A DNA stretch of 64,000 bases, taken from assembly GCA_026389585.1 (NCBI GenBank), contig JAPLHP010000036.1, forward strand, positions 41,366-105,365, read 5' to 3'. This DNA comes from Chloroflexota bacterium. GTDB taxonomy: Bacteria > Chloroflexota > Dehalococcoidia > UBA2247 > RBG-13-53-26. Of this stretch, positions 1 through 9,207 are shown piece by piece; position 1 is the stretch's first letter, and every line of letters starts with the position of its first letter. The position numbers were made by a program, and so were the translations under genes. The notes beneath the pieces were generated by a model. That model did no database searches. It was not told the origin of the DNA and saw only the letters and a list, made by a program, of their open reading frames with translations.

Positions 1-1726
1 CTTCTGGCTGCTTATCTGGACGTCGTTCCCCGGCGCAGTGCCGGTCGTAACCGCGAAGCGCAGGGCATCAGCACCATAAGCATCAATTGCCGTCACAGGG
101 TTGATGACATTCCCTTTCATCTTGCTCATCTTCTCCCCTTTCTCGTCCCTCACCAGGCCATGAAGGTAGACCCAGCGAAAGGGGATATCGCCCGTATTCT
201 CAATACCCATCATGATCATCCTGGCTACCCAGAAGAAAAGGATATCATAACCTGTTTCCATCACAGTGGTAGGATAAAAATATCGGAAGTCCTCCGTATC
301 CTCAGGCCAGCCCAGGGTGGAGTGAGGCCAGAGTCCGGAACTGAACCAGGTATCAAGAATATCCGACTCCTGATAGATATTGGTTGAGCCACAATGAGCG
401 CATTCCCCGGGCTGATCGACAGTAACCGTGGGTTGGCCGCAGGCTTCACAATACCATACCGGGATCCGGTGACCCCACCAAAGCTGGCGGCTGATGCACC
501 AATCACGGATACTCTCCATCCAGTGCAAATAGACCTTGGTGAATTGCTCAGGGATGATGGTTATCCGTCCTTCCCTCACAGCCTTAACAGCCGGTTCGGC
601 TAAGGGCTGAGTTTTGACGAACCACTGCCGACTGGCCCAGGGTTCAACGATGGTGCCGCACCGGGTACAGTGCCCTACGGACTGAAGATGTGGTTCAATC
701 TTCAGCAGGAGCCCGTCCTTCTCCAGCCGGGCCAGCAAGGCTTTGCGGCAATCGAAACGGTCGTATCCATCATAAGGCCCTGCTTCCTTATTCAGGGTAG
801 CATCGGCGTTTAATATGTTTACCGAAGGCAGTTTATGCCGCTGGGCCATCTCAAAATCCACGGGGTCATGAGAGGGAGTAACCTTCAGTGCGCCTGTACC
901 AAAGGCCGTGTCCACAGCTTCATCAGCGATAACCGGTATGGGGCGGGAGATCACGGGAATGGCCACACTCTTGCCTACCAGGCTGCTGAAACGCTTGTCG
1001 GCAGGATTGACCGCCACAGCAGTATCGCCGAACATGGTCTCGGGACGAGTGGTGGCTACAGTGACGTGGCCCGGCTCACCAACCACGGGGTAGTTGATGT
1101 AATAAAGATGCCCTTCTATCTCTCGATGTTCCGTTTCCAGGTCGGAGAGCGCCGTCCGGCAGCGGGGACACCAGTTGATAATCCGCTCCCCTCGATAGAT
1201 AAGTCCCTTCTCGTATAGACGAACAAAAGTGGTGGCCACCGCACGGCTGGGCTTCTCATCCATAGTGAACATCTCCCTGGTCCAATCGCAGGAGGCGCCC
1301 ATTCTTCTATGTTGCTCTCTGACAGTCTCCCGGCATTTGTTGGCCCATTGCCATGCCCTTTGCAAGAACTTCTCTCTCCCCAGGTCGAACCGGGTTGATC
1401 CCTCCGCAGCCAGTTGCCGCTCCAGTACCACGTGAACCGCAATGCTGGCATGGTCAACCCCCGGGAGCCAGAGAGCCTCCTCCCCTTTCATGCGATGCCA
1501 GCGGACCATGATGTCCTCGATGGTAGCTACCAAAGCATGCCCCAGATGCAATTCACCGGTAACATTGGGTGGGGGCATGATAATGGTGAAGGGTTTCCTG
1601 TTGCGGTCTATCCTGGGGGTGAAGTAGCCTTTCCTGGACCAGAATTCGTAGATCCTACCCTCAACCTGACCAGGTTCGTAGGCTTTAGGTAGCTGTTCTG
1701 CCTGGTCTATTCCCTTAACACTCATC
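1..1726 (-). CDS. valS: valyl-tRNA synthetase, N-terminal ~575 aa (3' end lies outside window)
   Basis: Minus-strand translation from ATG at 1726 gives MSVKGIDQAEQLPKAYEPGQVEGRIYEFWSRKGYF...; HIGH-type class I signature (PPPNVTGELHLGHA) and KMSKMKGN motif near position 1-120. Not in the ORF table because no stop falls inside the window. Confidence 0.9.
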
Positions 1727-1777
1727 CCTTTTTGTCCACGCCTTTCGCAGCATGCCTATCCACTTTCGAGGCCACTT

Positions 1778-1880
1778 CCCTTCAGTAGGGACAGACCTTC
1801 AGGTCTGTCCACTAATCTCCGGCTTCAGACCTCGGACAGCATTAGCAGACTCCGGACAGAGCTAAAGCTCTGTCCCTACA
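1778..1880. repeat. REP-like palindromic element, left flank of RAYT gene
   Basis: Contains the palindromes GGGACAGACCTTCAGGTCTGTCC and GGACAGAGCTAAAGCTCTGTCC. A near-identical copy lies at 2458-2571 in the same orientation. Confidence 0.7.
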
Positions 1881-1970
1881 AGACCATACCGCATTACAGG
1901 CCCCATACAGGCTATAGGCAGCATGGCCATCCAGGGTTGCACCTGCAAACCTGAATATCCCATATTGTAA

Positions 1971-2456
1971 CTAACCTAATCCTCCAGCATCAGGGACAAA
2001 CGATCCTAAAAGTGAATAGTCCTCGTAACTGTCTACCAATCCCTTCCGCACTGGATTATTGAAGATGTACAGGGCTACATCCTGTAGTGCTTCTTCCTTC
2101 CTCAGAATATGGTCATAGTAACTTCTCTGCCATAGAGAATCACCATAAGCTTTCTTGAAGGCTACCCCACTCCTCTGCTTAAAGAGCTTCATGAATTTAG
2201 GTAAGGAGGAATCTTCCTTGCCAACGATTAGAAGATGAAGGTGATCGGGCATAAAGCAGTAGGCATAAACACTGAACCCAGCTCGTCTGGATGTCTCTTC
2301 AAGAGCAGGGAGGAGGCTATTGACAATGTTCTTGTGTTTGAAGTAGGGCTTCCCCTGTTCTGTAGAGCAAGTTATAAAATAGGCATAAGAACCGGCGTAG
2401 TCAAAGCTTCTAAGCCTCGGTGAGGAATTTCGTCGTCTCAAGTGATCTTTGATCAT
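1971..2456 (-). CDS. REP-associated tyrosine transposase (RAYT, IS200/IS605-like Y1 transposase TnpA_REP)
   Basis: 161 aa. HxH-type motif (PDHLHLLI) and C-terminal Y-containing region typical of Y1 HUH transposases. Flanked on both sides by REP-like palindromic repeats. Confidence 0.75.
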   Translation of the reverse strand: MIKDHLRRRNSSPRLRSFDYAGSYAYFITCSTEQGKPYFKHKNIVNSLLPALEETSRRAGFSVYAYCFMPDHLHLLIVGKEDSSLPKFMKLFKQRSGVAFKKAYGDSLWQRSYYDHILRKEEALQDVALYIFNNPVRKGLVDSYEDYSLLGSFVPDAGGLG

Positions 2457-2457
2457 T

Positions 2458-2571
2458 TCCCTTCAGTAGGGACAGACCTGAAGGTCTGTCCACTAATCTC
2501 CGGCTTCAGGATTCGGACAGCATTAGCAGACTTCGGACAGAGCTTCGGACAGACCTAAAGGTCTGTCCCTA
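2458..2571. repeat. REP-like palindromic element, right flank of RAYT gene
   Basis: Direct copy of the 1778-1880 element (CTTCAGTAGGGACAGACCTGAAGGTCTGTCCACTAATCTCCGGCTTCAGG...) with one extra GGACAGACCTAAAGGTCTGTCC palindrome. Confidence 0.7.
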
Positions 2572-2594
2572 CAACTCCAGACCCCTACAGGCTG

Positions 2595-3797
2595 CTAGGC
2601 TGCCAATAAACTGACAACCTTGTCCAGAATCCTGTGAGCCACCTCCGATTTTGGCATCAGGGGCAGCTCATCCACATTACCTTGAGCATCGATCAGGGCC
2701 ACCTTATTGGTATCAGCTCCAAAGCCGCTGCCCGCCTCAGTGATATTGTTAGCCACGATAAGGTGGAGCCCCTTGTTCTTCAGCTTAACAGTCGCGTTTT
2801 GCACCGCGTTCTCGCTTTCAGCAGCAAACCCCACCTTGATGAGATTTCCCTTTACTTCGCTGATGATATCGGGATTCCTGATCAAATCCAACTGCATCAG
2901 GGGGAACTCCTCTTTTTTCAGCTTGCTCTTAGCGGCGGTCGCCGGGCGATAATCGGCCACAGCTGCCGCCATGATCAGGGCATCTGTCCCAGGAACAACC
3001 TTCAGGACCGCTTCCCGCATCTGGAGCGCTGTTTGAACCTGGACCATCTCCACCCCGTCAGGAGCAGGGAGTGTGGTAGGAGCACTGATCAAGGTTACCT
3101 TTGCCCCCCGTTCCCGGGCAGCCTCGGCCAGAGCGTAACCCATCTTGCCCGAGCTCCTGTTGCAGATAAGACGAACCGGATCAATAGGCTCCTGGGTACC
3201 GCCTGCAGTAACAACGACATGCTTCCCCGCCAGATCGCTCTTCCTATCGAGAATCCGGCGAATGGCCGCCAGAATATCTTCAACATCGGCCAGACGCCCC
3301 TTGCCCGTCTCCCCGCAAGCCAAAGCGCCATAGCCCGGTTCCACGATCTTGAATCCCCTGTTGCGGAGCTTGGTCAAGTTCTCCTGGGTAATCGCATTTT
3401 CCCACATATGCACGTTCATCGCCGGCGCCAGGACAACAGGCGCCTTTGTGGCCAGTACCGTACAGCAGAGCATATCGTCGGCGATACCTGCCGCCAGCTT
3501 GGCCATGATATTAGCCGTAGCCGGGGCGATGACCACCACCTCAGCCCGTTCAGCCAGGGCAATGTGTTCGATATCGTATTCGTCGGGGTTGGCAAACATG
3601 TCGGTAGCCACCGGCCGGTGAGTGATGCTGCGAAAGGTCAGCGGAGTGACGAACTCGGTGGCACATTTGGTCATGACCACGTCCACTTTGGCCCCGGCCT
3701 GCGTCAGCTTGCTGGCCAGTTCTGCCGCCTTATAGGCAGCAATACTGCCAGTCACACCCAGAACTACCGTCTTATCCTTTACCATACCGGACTCCAT
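2595..3797 (-). CDS. coaBC: bifunctional phosphopantothenoylcysteine decarboxylase / phosphopantothenate-cysteine ligase
   Basis: 400 aa. N-terminal flavoprotein domain (VVLGVTGSIAAYKA) and C-terminal DFP/CoaB ligase domain. Confidence 0.9.
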   Translation of the reverse strand: MESGMVKDKTVVLGVTGSIAAYKAAELASKLTQAGAKVDVVMTKCATEFVTPLTFRSITHRPVATDMFANPDEYDIEHIALAERAEVVVIAPATANIMAKLAAGIADDMLCCTVLATKAPVVLAPAMNVHMWENAITQENLTKLRNRGFKIVEPGYGALACGETGKGRLADVEDILAAIRRILDRKSDLAGKHVVVTAGGTQEPIDPVRLICNRSSGKMGYALAEAARERGAKVTLISAPTTLPAPDGVEMVQVQTALQMREAVLKVVPGTDALIMAAAVADYRPATAAKSKLKKEEFPLMQLDLIRNPDIISEVKGNLIKVGFAAESENAVQNATVKLKNKGLHLIVANNITEAGSGFGADTNKVALIDAQGNVDELPLMPKSEVAHRILDKVVSLLAA

Positions 3798-3859
3798 ATT
3801 AACCTAATGATTCTGAAAACGCCATACTTTTGGCCTCTGAATCCCCTGGTGCGACAGGG

Positions 3860-4627
3860 TCAGGATCGATTCAAGTCGTAAATCAACTGCAGCCCGAGCA
3901 GGGTCAGGTGGCGGTTTACCACCTCTATTACCTTCGTCTCCCTGGCAATGACCTCCGCATAGCCGCCAGTGGCAATCACTTTGGCCTTTCCCCCCAACTC
4001 CCGGCTGAGGCGACCCACCAGACCTTCAACCATCCCAACGTAGCCAAAAATGACCCCTGACTGCATGGCAGCAACGGTGCTCTTGCCAATGGCATTTGGG
4101 GGACGGATCAGTTCTATTCGAGGCAACCTGGCCGTGCGGGTAAATAGCGCTTCCGTAGCTGTCTCCATACCAGGCGCTATAGCTCCGCCAAGATAAGTAC
4201 CGTCCTCAGAAATGACGTCGAAGGTGGTGGCAGTGCCCATATCAATGACGATCGCCGGCCCACCGTAGAGTCGATACGCAGCGGCCGCGTTGACTATCCG
4301 ATCGCCACCAACCTCCCGGGGATTGTCCATATTGATGCGCACTCCAGTCTTTAGCCCCGGCTCCACTACCAGCAACTTTACCCCGAGATAACGCTGGCAG
4401 AGCTCCTCAAACACAGTAGCCAGGGGAGGCACCACACTGCACATAATGGCCTCTTTTATGTCATCCTTGGCCACACCGTGGTGCGGCAACAGATTGATCA
4501 ACAAAGAGGCGTATTCGTCCGACGAGCGGTGAATACCGGTGGCTATAGAGAGGTGGGTCTTCAGTTCCCCGCCATCGAAGATACCGTAGGCAACCTTGGA
4601 GTTTCCGACGTCAATAGCTAGTAGCAT
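3860..4627 (-). CDS. coaX: type III pantothenate kinase
   Basis: 255 aa. MLLAIDVGNSKVAYGIF N-terminus and ASKHA-fold motifs typical of CoaX. Confidence 0.85.
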   Translation of the reverse strand: MLLAIDVGNSKVAYGIFDGGELKTHLSIATGIHRSSDEYASLLINLLPHHGVAKDDIKEAIMCSVVPPLATVFEELCQRYLGVKLLVVEPGLKTGVRINMDNPREVGGDRIVNAAAAYRLYGGPAIVIDMGTATTFDVISEDGTYLGGAIAPGMETATEALFTRTARLPRIELIRPPNAIGKSTVAAMQSGVIFGYVGMVEGLVGRLSRELGGKAKVIATGGYAEVIARETKVIEVVNRHLTLLGLQLIYDLNRS

Positions 4628-4652
4628 CTGTTACCCTCCGATTAGCCCCACT

Positions 4653-6269
4653 TCATAGAGAATCATCCTTGAGCCTGCTGATAACTACTGGCAGAACAGG
4701 CAAAAGGTCGCTGGCCAGCATTCCCGCATCCCCCAGATCCTTTCTCACCAGCTCCCCGGCCTGGCTGTGAAGGAATACCCCTGCAACAGCAGCATCGAAG
4801 AGGCTGAGCCCCTGAGCTACCAATCCGGCGATCGCTCCGGCGAGCACATCTCCCGTCCCTGCTGAAGCCAGCCCCGGGTTCGCTGTGGGGTTGATCACCA
4901 TCCTGCCATCCGGAGCAGCCACTATAGTATAGGCTCCTTTGAGCACAATAGTTTTCTGCCATGAAACGGCTGCCTCCCTGGCCACGCTCAGCCGCCTGGA
5001 CTGGATTTCATCCACAGAGCGTCCAGTGAGCCTCGACATTTCCCCAGGATGCGGGGTGAGTACAGCATCGCAAGGCAGCTTTTGCCACCATTGGGATATC
5101 CCGGCCAATGTGTTGAGAGCATCCGCATCAAGAACCAGGGCAGGCAAGTCGGCCGAAGAAAAAAAGATTGTTTTCATAAACTCAACCACAGAAGGACTTT
5201 GGCCAGAGCCACACCCCAGGAGAAGGACATTATAGTTAGCCAGTGACGGCCGAATGGTCTCAAACGCATCAGCCGTCACAATTCCCGGCTCTGATTCCGG
5301 CAATGGAGCATAGATCACCTCTGTCAACTTCGAAGCCAGGATAGGCTGAAGGCTGCGAGCAGTGGCGAGCGTCACCAGTCCCGCCCCCACCCTGGCAGCG
5401 GCGGTGCAGGCAAGATAGACTGCGCCTATGTAATTGATTGAGCCGCCGACTACAAGAACCCTGCCAAAGGTACCCTTATTGGCATCCGGCAGGCGCTCTG
5501 GAAGCAACCCCCTTACCTTCTCGCGGGTAACCACCTCTGTGGGAATATCCTCTGCCAGCTTTGACGGTATGCCAATATCAGCCACAACAAGCCTGCCAAC
5601 CTTACCCGCACCGGGGAAAGCAAACAACCCATGCTTGGGATAACCAAGCGTCACAGTAAAATCAGCGGCAGGGCAAGCAGCATCAACAGCCCCTGTATCT
5701 GCATTAAGTCCTGAAGGAAGGTCAACAGCGACAAGCCGGAGATTTCTATTCTTCTCCTTCGCCTCCATCACCTTCAACAATGCCTGTTTGAAAACACCCT
5801 CTATGGGTCTCGTCTTGCCAGTACCGAAGAGGGCATCGACAACTACCTCTATTGATGGCAGCAGACTATCGAGGGCAGCCAGACTATCATGCTTGATAGC
5901 AGCTATGGTAGGAATGCTCCTCCTCTGAATAAGCTGATAATTGATATCGGGATCCGCACGCTTTCCCGGGAAGTAGACATAAACGTCGGCCCCCCAATCG
6001 TGCAGGTGCCGGGCAGCTACCAACCCATCACCACCGTTATTCCCCGGGCCTACCAGAACCAGGATACGGCGTCCGGCAACACCACCCAGCCACCCTCTCA
6101 CCTCCCGTGCCACAGCCAACCCGGCCTTTTCCATCAGCACTTCCGAGGGCAGACCTATTGCAGCAGCACGCTGCTCGATCTCTCGCATCTGCTCGCTGGT
6201 AACAACTTTCAAAATATTTCTCCTGAGCGACACAATTATATCAGATGGCTTTTCCCCGGGACAACGCAC
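4653..6269 (-). CDS. nnr: bifunctional NAD(P)H-hydrate epimerase / ADP-dependent dehydratase (YjeF N+C domains)
   Basis: 538 aa with YjeF_N (GPGNNGGDGLVAARHL) and carbohydrate-kinase-like YjeF_C (AGTGDVLAG) domains. True start may be slightly downstream of the first ATG. Confidence 0.8.
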   Translation of the reverse strand: MRCPGEKPSDIIVSLRRNILKVVTSEQMREIEQRAAAIGLPSEVLMEKAGLAVAREVRGWLGGVAGRRILVLVGPGNNGGDGLVAARHLHDWGADVYVYFPGKRADPDINYQLIQRRSIPTIAAIKHDSLAALDSLLPSIEVVVDALFGTGKTRPIEGVFKQALLKVMEAKEKNRNLRLVAVDLPSGLNADTGAVDAACPAADFTVTLGYPKHGLFAFPGAGKVGRLVVADIGIPSKLAEDIPTEVVTREKVRGLLPERLPDANKGTFGRVLVVGGSINYIGAVYLACTAAARVGAGLVTLATARSLQPILASKLTEVIYAPLPESEPGIVTADAFETIRPSLANYNVLLLGCGSGQSPSVVEFMKTIFFSSADLPALVLDADALNTLAGISQWWQKLPCDAVLTPHPGEMSRLTGRSVDEIQSRRLSVAREAAVSWQKTIVLKGAYTIVAAPDGRMVINPTANPGLASAGTGDVLAGAIAGLVAQGLSLFDAAVAGVFLHSQAGELVRKDLGDAGMLASDLLPVLPVVISRLKDDSL

Positions 6270-6378
6270 ATGTGCGCAGTGTCCAGGGCATACTATGCAG
6301 TTTTTGGGCTATTCGTGGCTGGTCGTAACAGCGAGGCGTGTGGGGATGAGCCCGGGGATTTATCCCTTGCTCTGGGTT

Positions 6379-6801
6379 TCAGGCTAACTTTATCTTCTTC
6401 CTGGCACGGCTATCCAGGTAATGCTGCAGACGTTCCTTCGTAGTTACCCACCTGCCACCGAGCCTCATCGCCCATAGCCTTCCCTTCTCTGCCTGTGCCC
6501 TCAAGGTAACTGATGCAAGGCCCGAGAGCCGCGATGCTGCCCTCAAATCAATGAGCTCATCGATGCTGCAGGCAGCCAATTGCCCCGCAGGAAAGCGCTT
6601 GCTAGCATCCATGATCTCTACCGAAGAAAGGCTGTCATCTTTGGTGTAGTTCAGGATCACCCCCGGCTCTGCCTCTCTGCTATAGTTCAATGCCATCTCG
6701 CGATCCCTAAGATAAACTGTAAGCATATCAACCTCAGGCTCATACTCAATATTCAGGGTGCTCTTCGCCCTTGCTTCAGCCTTTGCCTGTTTCATCATGT
6801 G
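6379..6801 (-). CDS. DUF2283-domain protein fused to C-terminal excisionase-type HTH (putative antitoxin)
   Basis: Sequence EYEPEVDMLTVYLRD matches the DUF2283 core. C-terminal GRLWAMRLGGRWVTTKERLQHYLDS resembles excisionase/MerR-type HTH. Start taken at the internal MMKQAK, which overlaps the upstream DUF4258 stop. Confidence 0.6.
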   Translation of the reverse strand, partial: HMMKQAKAEARAKSTLNIEYEPEVDMLTVYLRDREMALNYSREAEPGVILNYTKDDSLSSVEIMDASKRFPAGQLAACSIDELIDLRAASRLSGLASVTLRAQAEKGRLWAMRLGGRWVTTKERLQHYLDSRARKKIKLA

Positions 6802-6806
6802 CCCCC

Positions 6807-7007
6807 CTATCTCATCTTGATCACAGTCACCACGAAGGTATACGAGCCTATCATCAGCCAGATGACTTTCAACTTCCCGTGACGGGATTCCCACTTGTCG
6901 CCTTTGGGCAACCGTTCTCCTGCCTTAACAGCTTCCTCAACCTCATCTAGAGTCAGCTTGTACAGCCGCATCTTGTTCTTAGCATGGCGGCTGAATTGCA
7001 CCTCCAT
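6807..7007 (-). CDS. DUF4258-domain protein (putative toxin of a DUF4258/DUF2283 pair)
   Basis: 66 aa, MEVQFSRHAKNKMRLYKLTLDEVEEAV, typical DUF4258 N-terminus. Gene overlaps the start of the DUF2283 gene. Confidence 0.6.
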   Translation of the reverse strand: MEVQFSRHAKNKMRLYKLTLDEVEEAVKAGERLPKGDKWESRHGKLKVIWLMIGSYTFVVTVIKMR

Positions 7008-7224
7008 CAGGGTTATTATAAGCGCAATCGCTTATGACTGTCAACGCCTGCGCTCAGTAGCCAGGATAATATCGTGGTTTGTGCAATTTAATACTAGGAG
7101 TGTGTCCGAGTAATACCTATGCTGAGCGTGGGCGACCTTGATTTTTGACTTCTTCTAGGCACGGCCAACCTATTACTCAGACAGGCTCCTAGTGCCTGGT
7201 TGCACAAGTAAGCGTAGCAATCGA

Positions 7225-7460
7225 GATTCTTCGCTGCGCTCAGAATGACACAATGGCCAAGCAGAATGCCACCTAAGAGCCTGTCATCATGACAGTGGGC
7301 GACATGTTACCATGACGGTGGGCAATATGTCAGAATGACATGTGGTAGTTCTAAGATAATGACACCCATCAATGGTTCTGTGAAAATGTCACCCTGAGCC
7401 GAAGCCGAAGGGTCTCCCCTCACAAAGCGAATGACGCTTATTCTTGCAACTAAGCACTAG
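7225..7460. repeat. dispersed repeat family copy A (GATTCTTCGCTGCGCTCAGAATGACAC head, AATGACA-type tandem units, GTCACCCTGAGC...GCGAATGACGC tail)
   Basis: Shares head, internal tandem units and tail with 55764-55975. Head also present at 51577 and 60872. Confidence 0.7.
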
Positions 7461-7560
7461 GCCCACAGAGTGTCATGGTCATGCCCCAGCGCAGCACTCT
7501 CACGGAAACTGGTATAATATCAAGCACTACACAAAGAAATCTGACTGGCCGGAGGACACC

Positions 7561-8148
7561 ATGGATGACATCAAGAGCGCATTTGAGAGAGCAATGGAGA
7601 GAATAGCGAACCTCGAAGAGCCATCAAAAGATGAGGTTATGCAATGGAAGTATACGCCTGAGGGGCAAAAACTGGCGGTAAAGTATTTCAAAGAGGACAT
7701 CAACCTGATCGCCGAGCTAGGAAAATTCAAGGAAGAAGAGAAACGCTTTGTTGCCAAAGGAGCAGAGGAGGTTCTGCTGAGAAATATAACCCTCCCCGCT
7801 AATGAGCCTGCCAAGAAAACCACGAAGAAAGCCATGGAGGCCCTTAAGGCCATTAAAAGGGATAAGGGCGCCCTGGAGAACGTTTACAGCAAAATGAGGC
7901 GCGTTTTTGATCACTATGCGCAAGAGGGAGAGCAGCAGAGAAGGCAGGCTTATGAGATGCTAAAACAGGACTTTCAGATGAGGATGCAGCAAGCCTTACA
8001 GCAGCAGGGCCTGCCGCCCGGATCAAAGATCAACATAGAGAGCCAGCCGCAATTCCAGGAGGAGTGGCACAGAACCATGGCCCACCTGGACTCTCAATAT
8101 AGCCAACTACTCGATGAATACAAGCAGGAGGTAGAGGGTTTACGCTAA
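7561..8148 (+). CDS. hypothetical coiled-coil protein
   Basis: ORF 7444-8148, but the first 117 nt overlap the repeat element. Internal ATG at 7561 (MDDIKSAF) is preceded by GGAGG. Glu/Lys/Gln-rich, no recognisable domain. Confidence 0.5.
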   Translation: MDDIKSAFERAMERIANLEEPSKDEVMQWKYTPEGQKLAVKYFKEDINLIAELGKFKEEEKRFVAKGAEEVLLRNITLPANEPAKKTTKKAMEALKAIKRDKGALENVYSKMRRVFDHYAQEGEQQRRQAYEMLKQDFQMRMQQALQQQGLPPGSKINIESQPQFQEEWHRTMAHLDSQYSQLLDEYKQEVEGLR

Positions 8149-8314
8149 GGAACCGACCATCTCCCCGAAGCTCCCTGGCATCGCCAGCAAGATCCGAGAG
8201 GCCTATCTCTCGGGTTCTGTCTATGGACCAAAATGGTTCACCAGACTTAACCCATCCACACCAAAAAGTCGGGGCATTCCTTGAGGTTGCCATAACACAC
8301 ACTGCGGGCTGGAC

Positions 8315-9178
8315 ATGAGAATAAGGGATATTATTAAGCATAAGCAGAAGGGTATTTCGTTTGAGTTTTTCCCACCGAAGACGGAAGCGGGTGAGAAGCA
8401 GCTTTTTGATACTATTCGAAGGTTGCAGGCCTTCGAGCCCGGTTTCGTTTCCGTAACCTACGGAGCCGGGGGTAGTACTCGCAAGAATACCCGACATGTG
8501 ATTGAACGGATCGTGCAGGAAACCGCCCTCAGCCCGATGCCACACGTGACCTGTATCGGTGAAAGCGATGAGGGCTTGAGGGGTATGCTACGAGACTATC
8601 AGGAATTGGGCGTGGAGAATATTCTCGCGCTCAGAGGGGATCTCCCGGAGGGGGAGACGGGGTTGACCGCCGATGCCACCAGCCGCCACGGCATTGACGT
8701 GGTGAAGCTGGCAGCATCGTTCAAGGCATTCTCCATAGGGGTCGCTGTGTATCCTGAAGGGCACGCCGAGGCCTCCAGTCTTGAGAGTGACCTGCTCTAC
8801 ACCAAGCAGAAGATCGAAGCAGGAGCCGACTTTGCCATCACTCAGATGTTCTTCGACAACCGCTTCTTCTACGATCTTGTGGAAAAGGCAGGGGCAGTCG
8901 GGATTCGGATTCCGATTATCCCAGGCATTATGCCCATAACAGATGTGGCAAAGATAAAGCGGTTTACCCAGACCTGCGGGGCGACGCTGCCGACTACGCT
9001 CATCCACCGGATGGAGAACGCTGGTTCCCCGGATGAAGTGGAGAGAATGGGCATAGAATTCGCCACCAGGCAGTGTGAAGATCTATGGCAAAACGGAGTC
9101 CGCTTCTTCCATTTCTATACGCTTAACCGCGGTGAGGCAATCACCCGGATTCTTCACAACCTCTCTTTGAATACATGA
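8315..9178 (+). CDS. metF: 5,10-methylenetetrahydrofolate reductase
   Basis: 287 aa, FEFFPPKT...VTYGAGGSTR...HVTCIG motifs of MetF. Confidence 0.85.
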   Translation: MRIRDIIKHKQKGISFEFFPPKTEAGEKQLFDTIRRLQAFEPGFVSVTYGAGGSTRKNTRHVIERIVQETALSPMPHVTCIGESDEGLRGMLRDYQELGVENILALRGDLPEGETGLTADATSRHGIDVVKLAASFKAFSIGVAVYPEGHAEASSLESDLLYTKQKIEAGADFAITQMFFDNRFFYDLVEKAGAVGIRIPIIPGIMPITDVAKIKRFTQTCGATLPTTLIHRMENAGSPDEVERMGIEFATRQCEDLWQNGVRFFHFYTLNRGEAITRILHNLSLNT

Positions 9179-9207
9179 GGTGGGCACCGCAACTCGAACG
9201 ACATCGG

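Noticed and set aside
835-1692. Several 60-127-aa ORFs on both strands in the first 1.7 kb
   Set aside because: All lie within, or antisense to, the partial valS reading frame, which runs off the window edge and so is missing from the ORF table.
2634-3881. 415-aa plus-strand ORF
   Set aside because: It is entirely antisense to the well-supported coaBC gene, has low-complexity Arg/His/Gln-rich composition, no motifs and no RBS. It is a shadow ORF.
7444-7560. N-terminal 39 codons of the 7444-8148 ORF
   Set aside because: This part overlaps the repeat element and has no RBS. The internal ATG at 7561 preceded by GGAGG is the more credible start.
8150-8314. Possible riboswitch (SAM/SAH) upstream of metF
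   Set aside because: I could not recognise conserved SAM-I/SAH core sequences by eye. Left as unsupported.
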